A stretch of DNA of 64,000 nucleotides from Gammaproteobacteria bacterium. Its GTDB lineage: Bacteria; Pseudomonadota; Gammaproteobacteria; Eutrophobiales; Eutrophobiaceae. Shown in pieces: positions 46,428 through 55,398 of this stretch. The position numbers and the translations under genes were made by a program. The stretch covers positions 3,136,001 to 3,200,000 of the forward strand of contig OZ220696.1 in NCBI GenBank assembly GCA_965116495.1. The letters run 5' to 3'. The notes under the pieces are model-generated. The model was given only the letters and a program-made list of their open reading frames with translations. It ran no database searches and had not been told where the DNA came from. Position 1 is the stretch's first letter; each line of letters begins with the position of its first letter.

Positions 46428-46544
46428 GTTATGATATTTATTCGGAGGTACAGCATAAAAAATCATTACTGCCATCAGCGGTCACCTCAATCACCTTTGA
46501 AACAATAAGTTTTTATCTGCGTTCATCTGCGTAATCTGCAGATA
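46396..46544. repeat. Inverted repeat element, family D (ATCCGCAGATTACGCAGATGAACGCAG)
   Basis: 32-bp arms at 46396-46427 and 46513-46544, two mismatches, with an AT-rich spacer. Confidence 0.85.
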
Positions 46545-46597
46545 AAACATCTATAATCTTTGGATGTAATATAAGCCTTGGTGAGTAGCGTGTGATC

Positions 46598-47266
46598 ATG
46601 AAAATCCTGTTAGCTATCACGTTGTTAATCGGTTTGGGCCTGTTTGCCGGGTGCAAGAGCACCACTGTGATTGACGAGTACAGGGAGACTCCCGAGGCAG
46701 GTATCAACCAGGGTGAGGCCATAGTGGTGCTGGGGCGGCGCCACAGTTCCGGCTACGAGACAGAGGATGATTTCATAAGTTGTGTGGGTAGGTCATTGGG
46801 ACAGGGACAGTCCGAGATCAACGTGATTCCGGAAAAGGACTTCGTAGACAGCATGTATCCGTACTTTGAAACCAGTACCGCGCCCATGGATGTAAGAAAC
46901 CTGGGTTCGCTGGCAAAAATTCCTGCTATCGCCACAAAATTCAATGATTTCAACCTGCGCTATTTCGTCTGGATCGACGGTGCCACGGAAAGGACGGATT
47001 CCTCGGGCTCGGTGTCCTGTGCCGTAGGACCGGGTGGCGGCGGCTGTTTCGGGTTTGCCTACTGGAAGGATGAAGCAAATTATGAGGCCAGCATCTGGGA
47101 TTTCAAGCAACTGGCCCTGTCCGGCAAGATCAACGCCGAAACCAAGGGAACCTCATACATGCCGGCGATAATCATCCCGGTCCCCATGCTGGCGCGGGTC
47201 CAGGAAAATGCCTGCAAATCCCTGGCCAACCAGATCAGGACTTTCTTCTCGCATCAACCCGGCTGA
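46598..47266 (+). CDS. Putative lipoprotein with Cys-bounded glycine hairpin
   Basis: Lipobox FAGC; SCAVGPGGGGCFG; C-terminal PAIIIPVP. Confidence 0.8.
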   Translation: MKILLAITLLIGLGLFAGCKSTTVIDEYRETPEAGINQGEAIVVLGRRHSSGYETEDDFISCVGRSLGQGQSEINVIPEKDFVDSMYPYFETSTAPMDVRNLGSLAKIPAIATKFNDFNLRYFVWIDGATERTDSSGSVSCAVGPGGGGCFGFAYWKDEANYEASIWDFKQLALSGKINAETKGTSYMPAIIIPVPMLARVQENACKSLANQIRTFFSHQPG

Positions 47267-47284
47267 ACTCCCGCCATTCCGGTG

Positions 47285-47311
47285 CGTCATTCCGGCGCAA
47301 GCCGGAACCTG
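47285..47311 (+). repeat. Short palindromic repeat, family C, between convergent genes
   Basis: CGTCATTCCGGCGCAAGCCGGAACCTG, preceded by a partial copy at 47272. Confidence 0.72.
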
Positions 47312-47334
47312 ATGAAGCGTTCCCCCTTCCTCTG

Positions 47335-48579
47335 TTACTCAGCCATTTCCAGCATGGCGTGCAGCAGCACGTTGCAGCCGGCTTCCAGGTCTTCCTTGCG
47401 GGCGTTCTCTGCCTCGTTATGGCTCAAACCACCTTCGCAGGGGATAAAAATCATGCTCGCAGGCGCCACCCTGGATACGTAAACGGAATCGTGACCAGCG
47501 CCGCTTACCATTCCCATATTGGTGTACCCAAGGGACACAGCCGCGTTACGGACTGCATTTATGCAGTTATCGTCGAAGCTGATGGCGGGTGATTCCAGCT
47601 CCTCTTTAACCTCGCCTGCGAGGCGGAACCTGCCGCATTCGTGCGTTACGATTTCCCGCATCAACCGCTCCATGTGCTTTACCTGCGTCTGTTCGGGGTG
47701 GCGTATATCCACAGTTACTGTCAGGCGTTCCGGTACGGTATTGCGCGACCCGGGTTCGGTCCTGATATCTCCGAACGTCATTCTTGCCCAGGGTTTTAAA
47801 TCATCGGCGACCTGGAAAAGCTTGTCGAGAATGGCATACAGGGCCATAACCGGGTCCCGCCGCACTTCCATCGGGGTCGTACCTGCGTGGCACGGCACGC
47901 CCTCGATGACCAGGTCGTACCAGCCGATAGCCTGTACGCCGTTGACAACGCCGATCTGGAGGCCGGCATTTTCCAGGATGGGGCCCTGTTCAATATGTAC
48001 CTCGAATGCGGCCCTGAGCGGTTTTGGCCGGCATTCTGCCGAACCCAGGTAGCCGATCCGTTGCAGTTCCTCCTTCACGGTTTGTCCTGCCTTGTTCCTC
48101 CGGTTGTGGCCGTAATCCAGGCTGAACTCTCCGGCCCACACACCCGATCCCAGCATGGCCGGTGAGAAGCGCGCGCCTTCCTCGTTGGTCCAGCATACCA
48201 CCTCGATGGGATGTTCAGTCTCAAGGTTGGCGTCGTTTAGCGTCCGTACGACTTCCAGGCCGGCAAGCACCCCGTAAACTCCGTCGAACTTGCCGCCGGT
48301 AGGCTGGGTATCCAGGTGGGAACCGGCGATAACAGGGGGAAGCGACGCATTCCTGCCCGGACGCAGGGCGAAGATATTGCCCATCTCATCGACGGTAATA
48401 TCGCAGCCGGCTGCCTCGCACCATGAAATGAACAGGTTCCGCCCCAGTTTATCCTCATCGGTCAGGGCCTGGCGGTTGCAGCCGCCGCGCGGGGTTTTGC
48501 CGAATTCGGCCATTTCCATGAGTGACGACCAGAGCCGGTCACCGGTTATTTTGATTATGGATGTGTCTACTGACGTCAT
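47335..48579 (-). CDS. M20 Zn-dependent amidohydrolase (beta-ureidopropionase / N-carbamoyl-L-amino acid hydrolase)
   Basis: GSHLDTQPTGGKFDG, WTNEEGARF, EVHIEQGP, HAGTTPM, SGAGHD, SHNEAE. Confidence 0.92.
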   Translation of the reverse strand: MTSVDTSIIKITGDRLWSSLMEMAEFGKTPRGGCNRQALTDEDKLGRNLFISWCEAAGCDITVDEMGNIFALRPGRNASLPPVIAGSHLDTQPTGGKFDGVYGVLAGLEVVRTLNDANLETEHPIEVVCWTNEEGARFSPAMLGSGVWAGEFSLDYGHNRRNKAGQTVKEELQRIGYLGSAECRPKPLRAAFEVHIEQGPILENAGLQIGVVNGVQAIGWYDLVIEGVPCHAGTTPMEVRRDPVMALYAILDKLFQVADDLKPWARMTFGDIRTEPGSRNTVPERLTVTVDIRHPEQTQVKHMERLMREIVTHECGRFRLAGEVKEELESPAISFDDNCINAVRNAAVSLGYTNMGMVSGAGHDSVYVSRVAPASMIFIPCEGGLSHNEAENARKEDLEAGCNVLLHAMLEMAE

Positions 48580-48623
48580 GCTTGGATTTCCGTAAATCTC
48601 CTTTCGCAATAGTTGGCTGTATA

Positions 48624-49394
48624 ATGGCCAATGCCATGCAGTTTATCACAGACCCGTTCTTTTACATGATCGCCGTCCCTGCCGTACTGTTTGTCGGCGT
48701 AGCCAAAGGAGGTTTTGCCGGGACTCTCGGCACTATAACCGTTCCCCTGATGTCATTCGCCGTTGACCCGGTTACGGCGGCCGCCATCCTGTTGCCGATC
48801 CTGTGTGTCATGGATTTATTTTCCGCCTGGAATTTCCGTCACAGCTTTGACGTGTCCCACCTTAAGATACTGGTCCCCGGCAGCGTCGTGGGCATAACCC
48901 TGGCCGCGCTTCTCATGGGGAAATTAACGGAAGACCACGTACGCATCATGGTGGGAGTTATCGCCATCAGCTTCTGCCTCAACCATTGGCTGCGCCTGAC
49001 TGCGCGCAGTTACCGGCCCGGAAAGACAAGTGGTTATTTCTGGGGAGCCCTGGCCGGGTTTACCAGCACCCAGGTCCATGCCGGCGGCCCGCCTGTGAGT
49101 GTCTATATACTGCCCCAGCGTATGGAAAAGAAGACCATGATCGGCACCATCGTCATGTTTTTCCTGTTCGTCAATTACGTAAAGCTCATCCCGTACAGTT
49201 ACCTTGACCTGTTAACCCCCCCGAACCTGACGACCTCGCTGGTACTGATGCCCTTCGCCCCGCTGGGAGTGAAACTGGGTTACTGGTTGCTGCATAAAGT
49301 CCCCGAGGCCCTGGTGTACAGGATTTTATACCTGTTCCTGTTTATCCTGGGGATGAAAATGATCCTCGACGGCACTATCGGCAGGCTGTTTTAG
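48624..49394 (+). CDS. Sulfite exporter TauE/SafE family membrane protein
   Basis: About eight TM helices; GVAKGGFAG, LLPILCVMD, HAGGPP, NYVKLIPY. Confidence 0.88.
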   Translation: MANAMQFITDPFFYMIAVPAVLFVGVAKGGFAGTLGTITVPLMSFAVDPVTAAAILLPILCVMDLFSAWNFRHSFDVSHLKILVPGSVVGITLAALLMGKLTEDHVRIMVGVIAISFCLNHWLRLTARSYRPGKTSGYFWGALAGFTSTQVHAGGPPVSVYILPQRMEKKTMIGTIVMFFLFVNYVKLIPYSYLDLLTPPNLTTSLVLMPFAPLGVKLGYWLLHKVPEALVYRILYLFLFILGMKMILDGTIGRLF

Positions 49395-49459
49395 ATACTG
49401 ACAGAGGCAGCAATAGGTGTTACCTTGAGCGTTCTTTCATCCATGCGCGGGGAGCAGAC

Positions 49460-50200
49460 ATGAGACTCTTTTATTCACCCTTCCATTCCCTGATTCACAA
49501 GGTCCTGGTGACCATCCATGAACTCGGTCTGTGGGACGACGTTACCTTCGTTCCGACCTACCCGTTTTTCAACCGCGCCGGTGAGTTCCAGGACGACAAG
49601 TACTCCATTGCGCCCATCAACCCCCTGGACAAGGTGCCCACACTGGTCCTGGATGACGGACGCGCCGTCTATGCCAGCCAGGCAATAGTCGAATGCCTGG
49701 ACAGCATGAGCAAATCCGGAAAAAGACTATACCCGGAGAGCGGCCCGCAGCGCTGGGATGCCGTTACCCGCCTGGCCCTCGCCGACACCATGTTTGAATC
49801 CACCGTTGGGATGGTGATGGAAGGCTGGAACCCCGAAGATAAACAACGTATTGAATTGCACGAGTGGATCTGGCCGAAGATCATCAGGGGCTGCGACCGG
49901 CTTGAAGCGTATTGCAAGCGCGGTTTTGACGATTTTGATATCGGCCATGCCGCCATGTTGCACGCCATCAGTTACCTGGATTTTCGGGTGAAATTCTACG
50001 AAGTCAAGGACCCGCTCTACCCCGATTTTGATTGTTTTGCGAACAGGCCGAACCTGGAAGCCTGGTGGAAAGACGCGAGCCGGCGCCCCTCCGTTACCAA
50101 TCACTACAATGTCGATTACGAGGGCGATGATTCTGCCGGGTTCTGCCAGAGACATGTGCGGGAAGTGCTGGAACTGCAGGAGAAGAATAACGCCTTATGA
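49460..50200 (+). CDS. Glutathione S-transferase family protein
   Basis: MRLFYSP..KV, INPLDKVPTL, YASQAIVECLD, FDIGH. Confidence 0.82.
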   Translation: MRLFYSPFHSLIHKVLVTIHELGLWDDVTFVPTYPFFNRAGEFQDDKYSIAPINPLDKVPTLVLDDGRAVYASQAIVECLDSMSKSGKRLYPESGPQRWDAVTRLALADTMFESTVGMVMEGWNPEDKQRIELHEWIWPKIIRGCDRLEAYCKRGFDDFDIGHAAMLHAISYLDFRVKFYEVKDPLYPDFDCFANRPNLEAWWKDASRRPSVTNHYNVDYEGDDSAGFCQRHVREVLELQEKNNAL

Positions 50201-50898
50201 TTAAACATTACTACTGGCCCACACCCAACGGCCACAAGACCGCCATCATGCTGGAGGAGGTCGGGGTTGAATACGAGGTCCATCCCGTCGACATACACAA
50301 CGGTGCGCAGTTTGACGCGGAATTTATAAAATTAAGCCCGAATAACCGTATTCCGGCAATCGTTGATACCGACGGACCCGGGGGCAAGCCCTACAGTATC
50401 TTTGAATCCGGCGCCATCCTGCTGTACCTGGCGGAAAAGACCGGCAGGCTCTGGCCGGACGATACAAAGTCGCGCTACGACGTCATGCAGTGGTTGATGT
50501 TCCAGATGGGCAACGTCGGCCCCATGTTCGGCCAGAACGGCTATTTTCAGGGATACTGCCCGGAAGAGATTCCACTGGCGAAGGAACGTTACCACAGTGT
50601 CACAAAGCAGATTTACCGCGTATTGGACAAGCGCCTCACTAAATCCAGTTACCTGGCGGGTGATAAGTACTCGATTGCCGATGTCGCCACCTACCCCTGG
50701 ACCATGCCCAGACAACGGGCATTGCACAGGATTGACATCGGCGATTACCCGAACGTCAGGAAATGGGCCGACACTATTTCACGGAGGCCCGCGGTTCAGC
50801 GCGGTATTGCCGTGCTGTCCGGCGCTGCGAAAGTCGGCAATCCCACGGAGGAAACCTACAAAAATATGTTCGGCAGCGCGCAGTTCGGCCAGACCTGA
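50197..50898 (+). CDS. Nu-class GST (YfcG/Ure2-like)
   Basis: WPTPNGHK, SPNNRIPAIVD, FESGAILLYLAEK, WLMFQMG, YSIADVA. Confidence 0.92.
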   Translation: MIKHYYWPTPNGHKTAIMLEEVGVEYEVHPVDIHNGAQFDAEFIKLSPNNRIPAIVDTDGPGGKPYSIFESGAILLYLAEKTGRLWPDDTKSRYDVMQWLMFQMGNVGPMFGQNGYFQGYCPEEIPLAKERYHSVTKQIYRVLDKRLTKSSYLAGDKYSIADVATYPWTMPRQRALHRIDIGDYPNVRKWADTISRRPAVQRGIAVLSGAAKVGNPTEETYKNMFGSAQFGQT

Positions 50899-50900
50899 CG

Positions 50901-51764
50901 CTACTCCTTGACCGGTTGGCGCTTCGTCTTGTAGGCCGAGTAGCTGTCCGTGCGGGTTTCCCAGGGTGCGTCCGACTGCATGAAATCAGGGTTCCTGGAT
51001 TCGACGTACTCCAGGACTGCCGGCGAAATATCCGACGGGTCGCTGATCTTTTTCCCCTGCCCGTGCCAGTAGTTCACGCCCGGTTGTTTGCCCATCAGGA
51101 AGAACGGATACCAGGGGTTGACGTGGTTGACGGTCAGGTGTGACGGCGCGCTGACCAGGTCGGGGTTCTCCAGGTCGGAGACTTTACCCCGGAACCCGTC
51201 CAGGTAGAGCAGGTTCAGGACTTTCCCCGTAGATGCCAGCGGCCATTCGTCAGGGTCGAGTTTGTTCATAAACCTGAAATGCTGGGGTTCGGTGACCCAG
51301 ATATCATCGCCGGAACGGGTCCAGGGGTACTGTTTGGGTGTAACGACGATATCGAACGGCCCGCCGATTACGTCGATGGGGTAGTTGGTCCTGCTGGTGA
51401 ACGGGTTTTCGAACTCCTCAATGCGCGTATCGCTCCCGGGTTCGGTGAAGTAAGACATGTCGTAGTTACGAAAGTGAAACGACCCGTTACCCAGGTTGCG
51501 CCAGACCATCTTCAACAGGCCGGTCCAGCCCACCATCGCGTGGGTTTCATCGTGCGTGGCCCCGTAGACGATGCCCTTGTACCAGTAATGCACCATCCCG
51601 TCTTCCAGCGTGCCTGCCAGCTTAGCGTACGCCCGTACGCTTTCCAGCTCGTTCGAGAAATCTATGGCAACCCTGGGTGTGGATCCGGCCTGGCTTGCAG
51701 CCAGTGCGCCACCGGCCGCGGCAAGTGCGCCCGCGCCCTGCAGCAAGGTGCGCCTGTCAATCAT
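50901..51764 (-). CDS. Tat-exported protein, DUF1838-like
   Basis: DRRTLLQ twin-arginine signal; YWYKG..YG, FENPFT, PWYPFFLMG pattern. Confidence 0.7.
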   Translation of the reverse strand: MIDRRTLLQGAGALAAAGGALAASQAGSTPRVAIDFSNELESVRAYAKLAGTLEDGMVHYWYKGIVYGATHDETHAMVGWTGLLKMVWRNLGNGSFHFRNYDMSYFTEPGSDTRIEEFENPFTSRTNYPIDVIGGPFDIVVTPKQYPWTRSGDDIWVTEPQHFRFMNKLDPDEWPLASTGKVLNLLYLDGFRGKVSDLENPDLVSAPSHLTVNHVNPWYPFFLMGKQPGVNYWHGQGKKISDPSDISPAVLEYVESRNPDFMQSDAPWETRTDSYSAYKTKRQPVKE

Positions 51765-53613
51765 CGCTGATATAGACATACAGGTCGTTAAGGGTAACCG
51801 GCTCCCTGTCGTGGGAACCTACCAGGGTGGTGACGTCCAGGCCGTTAGCCGCTATCCCTTCCGCCAGTGATACCGCTGAGTGGAATGGCAGGATATCCGC
51901 CGGCCGTTTTTTCCCTGCACGCTTGTCCCGCGCCAGGCCGCTGACATAAAGGTCGCCTGCGTAGAGGAGCTTCTCGCGGTCAACCACCATGTACAGCATG
52001 TCCGATACGTGCCCCATCTCCAGGGGATAGACGGTCACCGGCTGTGACGCATCATCGATGCGATAAGACCTATCGCCCGGCACGCCCGCTATCTTTGCGC
52101 TCGCAGGGTTACGGTCCAGTGCGTCCTGTAACACCGTGGAAGGGGGACGCGAGGTTTGAGCCTTGTAGAAATCTACCGCCGCCTCGTGCACCACCAGCGT
52201 TGCTCCGGCCGCGACGTATGGGCGAATCCCCGCGCCGTGGTCGTTATGGTGGTGGGAAACAACCAGGTGGGTGATGGGTTTGTCCGGGAACCGTTCTCCA
52301 ACCCAGGCGATGATCTCCTCACCCTTGAGGTCGTTTTGTCCCGGTTCCATGACTACAATACCGTTCTCCTGTTCGACGACGAACGTATAAATACCGTCAA
52401 GCGGGGCTGCGTACAGCAGGTGCATACCGGGGCTGAGTTCGATGGCTTCGATATCGGGCCGCCCCACACCGGCAAAGCCGAACATCAGCAGGGACTGGCT
52501 CAGGCGCTTCGCCCGGGCGGCAATCTCCTCGTCATGCTTGTACTCGATGCCTTCCGGCGGCGTAAAGGCAGTGCCGAAGTCCGGATTGACGGTTATTCCG
52601 CTACGCCTCACGTCTATGCGCGGCCCGCCGCCGATGGACATTTTGAGCTGGTTGGGAAAATAGACCCCGTCTACGGCCTGCCAGTCGTAATAGTTGACTT
52701 CCAGCGGCACATCGCCGTAAACCACGTCCCATTCCATGGTCCAGAGCTTGCTGATGCGCCCCGTTTCCTTGTCGATGAACAGCGTAACCGGGTACACCTC
52801 ATCTTCGATAACGAGTTGATGGTGAGCCTCCTCGTCGATTTGTGTACTCGCGCGCCAGCGGTTAAGCCAGTCGTCGTCAACCCCGGTTTTTTCAACCATC
52901 AGTTCGTGAAAACGGGTGCCTTCAGATCGCTGGAGCCATTCGCCAGTGACGATGAGCGTGCGTTTACCCGTCTGCCGTACCCGGTCCGTCGTTACGGGAA
53001 ATACGTCGGCAGCGGTGAACAGGCGGCCCGCCGGCCGGTCCGCGCCGGCCGCGGCCAGGGTCGCGGACGAGGGGTTGTCACGCACTTCGTTGAGGAGTAT
53101 ATGCGGGTTGAGAAGGCGTTCGGTCTTGACCGTCCCCGCGGTCTTGTCAGGGGATGACGCCTTGTCCTTTTTTTTCGTGATACCGAGAAAGCCCTCTTCC
53201 TTGATATAACCTGCTTGCCCGATGACCAGTTCGGTGCTCTCGCGCTTGTCGTAGCCGCCGCCCCGGGCCGGGAAACTGGTGGTCGTGTCAAGGCGCACCT
53301 GCCCTCCGGCGAGGTCGTGACTTACCCTGAGCGACGCAGTCAGGAGTCTCATAAGACCGTGACCGGGCTCCGGCCCCTGTCCCATGATATGGTAATCGCG
53401 TTCCTCTTCGGTGGAAAAACCGTCCAGGTTTGCCAGCGCACCCTCACCGCCGATACCGCTGACGGCCAGGGCAATGACGTCTGCTGCGCCTGGTGTTGCC
53501 GCCCCGGTTGAACCGGTAGCGGCTTGTTCGGCCTGCTGGCAGCCGCCTGTAATTGCAATAATCAAAACCAGCGCGGGCATCGAGCCGGTCAATCTGTCGA
53601 TAATTCTAAGCAT
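51757..53613 (-). CDS. Lipoprotein with C-terminal metallo-beta-lactamase-fold domain
   Basis: AGGAG upstream of ATG 53613; lipobox TGGC; SHHHNDH (HxHxDH), GHVSD, AGDLY, GSH. Confidence 0.85.
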   Translation of the reverse strand: MLRIIDRLTGSMPALVLIIAITGGCQQAEQAATGSTGAATPGAADVIALAVSGIGGEGALANLDGFSTEEERDYHIMGQGPEPGHGLMRLLTASLRVSHDLAGGQVRLDTTTSFPARGGGYDKRESTELVIGQAGYIKEEGFLGITKKKDKASSPDKTAGTVKTERLLNPHILLNEVRDNPSSATLAAAGADRPAGRLFTAADVFPVTTDRVRQTGKRTLIVTGEWLQRSEGTRFHELMVEKTGVDDDWLNRWRASTQIDEEAHHQLVIEDEVYPVTLFIDKETGRISKLWTMEWDVVYGDVPLEVNYYDWQAVDGVYFPNQLKMSIGGGPRIDVRRSGITVNPDFGTAFTPPEGIEYKHDEEIAARAKRLSQSLLMFGFAGVGRPDIEAIELSPGMHLLYAAPLDGIYTFVVEQENGIVVMEPGQNDLKGEEIIAWVGERFPDKPITHLVVSHHHNDHGAGIRPYVAAGATLVVHEAAVDFYKAQTSRPPSTVLQDALDRNPASAKIAGVPGDRSYRIDDASQPVTVYPLEMGHVSDMLYMVVDREKLLYAGDLYVSGLARDKRAGKKRPADILPFHSAVSLAEGIAANGLDVTTLVGSHDREPVTLNDLYVYISDD

Positions 53614-53739
53614 TTCTGTTCTCCTGCCAATGTTTCTGTGTTGCGGATAACACGCGAGGTGTCGATATCCGTGGAATGTTAATTCCCAATTCATGGGTGT
53701 CCCAAATTAGCTTTATGGCCGACCAGGTTTTTTTCCGTC

Positions 53740-55218
53740 TCAAACTGAGGGCTTGACGTTGGCATTCAACTGCAGAAGGTTATCCGGGTCATACTTGTTT
53801 TTCAGTTGTACCAATCGCTCGTAATTGCCCTGGTAGGTCACTTTCACCTTATCCTGTTCTTCATCCATGAGTTCATTAACGTAAAAACTGTCGGCAGTGT
53901 ATGGTTCAAGGGCGTCCCAGTAGTCCCGGCCCCAGTTGACATATTTCTCTGATTTTGCGGGGTCAACCCAGCTAGCGCCGACTTCCAGGTCCCATACCGC
54001 ATCACGGTGCGGCCAGGCTGTGGCTTCCGAGTCCACCCTGCCTACGGCGCCCCCGAAACGGACAATCCGCATGGTGTTGAACCTGCCTTTGGCATGGTGC
54101 CAGCGTTCCATGATGATATCGTTCATCACCGGGTCGAAATCATTGACGTACCGGCCCTTGATATAGTAGTGGCGGCCGTGTGCGTTATGGGCGTCACCCC
54201 TGCTCTGCATACCCACGTAGTTGGTGGGCCTCAGGAATTCGGCAACCGGTTTGCCGAGTTTGAGTAACGGTGCGATAACGCGCTCACCGGCGCTGAAAGA
54301 CCCCGACCAGGTGAACCCTGTCATGGCAAAATCTTCATTCTTCTCATTAATCGTCATGCCTGTGAAACAGTGGAGTTCATCAGGCGCGTCCAGCGAATTT
54401 TCGAAATAATGATTCAGCATATCCCTGGCCTCATCCCGCGGATATATGGCCGCGCCGGTCAGTACTTCCGGTCCGAACCGGTGCGTGCCAAACTCAAACG
54501 ACGTGACGACGCCAAAATTACCGCCGCCGCCGCGTACCCCCCAGAACAGGTCAGGGTTTTCCTGTTCGCTGGCGTGGCGCAACTTGCCGTCGGGGGTGAC
54601 AATTTCCACCGAACGCAGATTATCGATAGTCAACCCGTAGGTACGCATGAGGATGCCGATACCGCCGCCCAGGGTGAGACCGGCTATGCCGGTATGGGAG
54701 ACGACGCCGGCCGGTACGACCAGGCCGTAGGATTGCGTCTCGCGATCCATGTCGTGCAGTAATGCGCCACCTTCCACGCGCGCGGTCATGGCGTCGGGGT
54801 CCACTACCACGCCTCGCATGGGAGACATATCCAGTACGATGCCACCGTCACAGATTGATTTTCCGGAGATGCTGTGGCCGCCGCCGCGCACCGCGACCAG
54901 GAGGTCGTGGCTGCGGGCAAAGTCGACAACGTTGATGACGTCGCTTATGTCGGCGCACTGGGCGATGAGGGCAGGGTATTTGTCGTCCCAGATGCCGTTC
55001 CAGATCTTCCGGGCTTCGTCGTAACGCGGACTGACGGGTGTCAGCAGGGCCCGCCGCAGACTCTTGGCAAGCTCTTCAATTTCCGCCCGTTGCAACACAG
55101 TTTCCTTGCCTGTGCGTCCTATGGCGCGCAGTTCTGACGGGAAGTGAGCACGGCTGCTGGGAAGGTACGCCGCTGTCAATGCACCCATGGTCGCCTTGAC
55201 AAATGTACGTCTTTTCAT
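53740..55218 (-). CDS. Tat-exported FAD-linked oxidase (VAO/berberine-bridge-enzyme family)
   Basis: KRRTFVK; VRGGGHS (covalent FAD His), GLTLGGG, DLFWGVRGGGGNFGVVT, YVN, KYDPDN. Confidence 0.92.
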   Translation of the reverse strand: MKRRTFVKATMGALTAAYLPSSRAHFPSELRAIGRTGKETVLQRAEIEELAKSLRRALLTPVSPRYDEARKIWNGIWDDKYPALIAQCADISDVINVVDFARSHDLLVAVRGGGHSISGKSICDGGIVLDMSPMRGVVVDPDAMTARVEGGALLHDMDRETQSYGLVVPAGVVSHTGIAGLTLGGGIGILMRTYGLTIDNLRSVEIVTPDGKLRHASEQENPDLFWGVRGGGGNFGVVTSFEFGTHRFGPEVLTGAAIYPRDEARDMLNHYFENSLDAPDELHCFTGMTINEKNEDFAMTGFTWSGSFSAGERVIAPLLKLGKPVAEFLRPTNYVGMQSRGDAHNAHGRHYYIKGRYVNDFDPVMNDIIMERWHHAKGRFNTMRIVRFGGAVGRVDSEATAWPHRDAVWDLEVGASWVDPAKSEKYVNWGRDYWDALEPYTADSFYVNELMDEEQDKVKVTYQGNYERLVQLKNKYDPDNLLQLNANVKPSV

Positions 55219-55351
55219 TGTGCTACCTCCGTTCCCACGAATGCCAACACTGAACGGTCCGTTTTCACTCCTTTTTTTCGTCAGCAGAGTGGTATTTTCA
55301 GGTATAATGTTACATCTAATTTATCATTTGCTAATTTAAGAGTCAAACAAA

Positions 55352-55388
55352 CAGCCCGCATTTCTCACCTGGTGAGAAATCGTGGCTG
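55352..55388. repeat. Collapsed copy of the 1676-1918 MITE (two ends fused)
   Basis: CAGCCCGCATTTCTCACC-T-GGTGAGAAATCGTGGCTG. Confidence 0.7.
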
Positions 55389-55398
55389 GCACGGTTCA

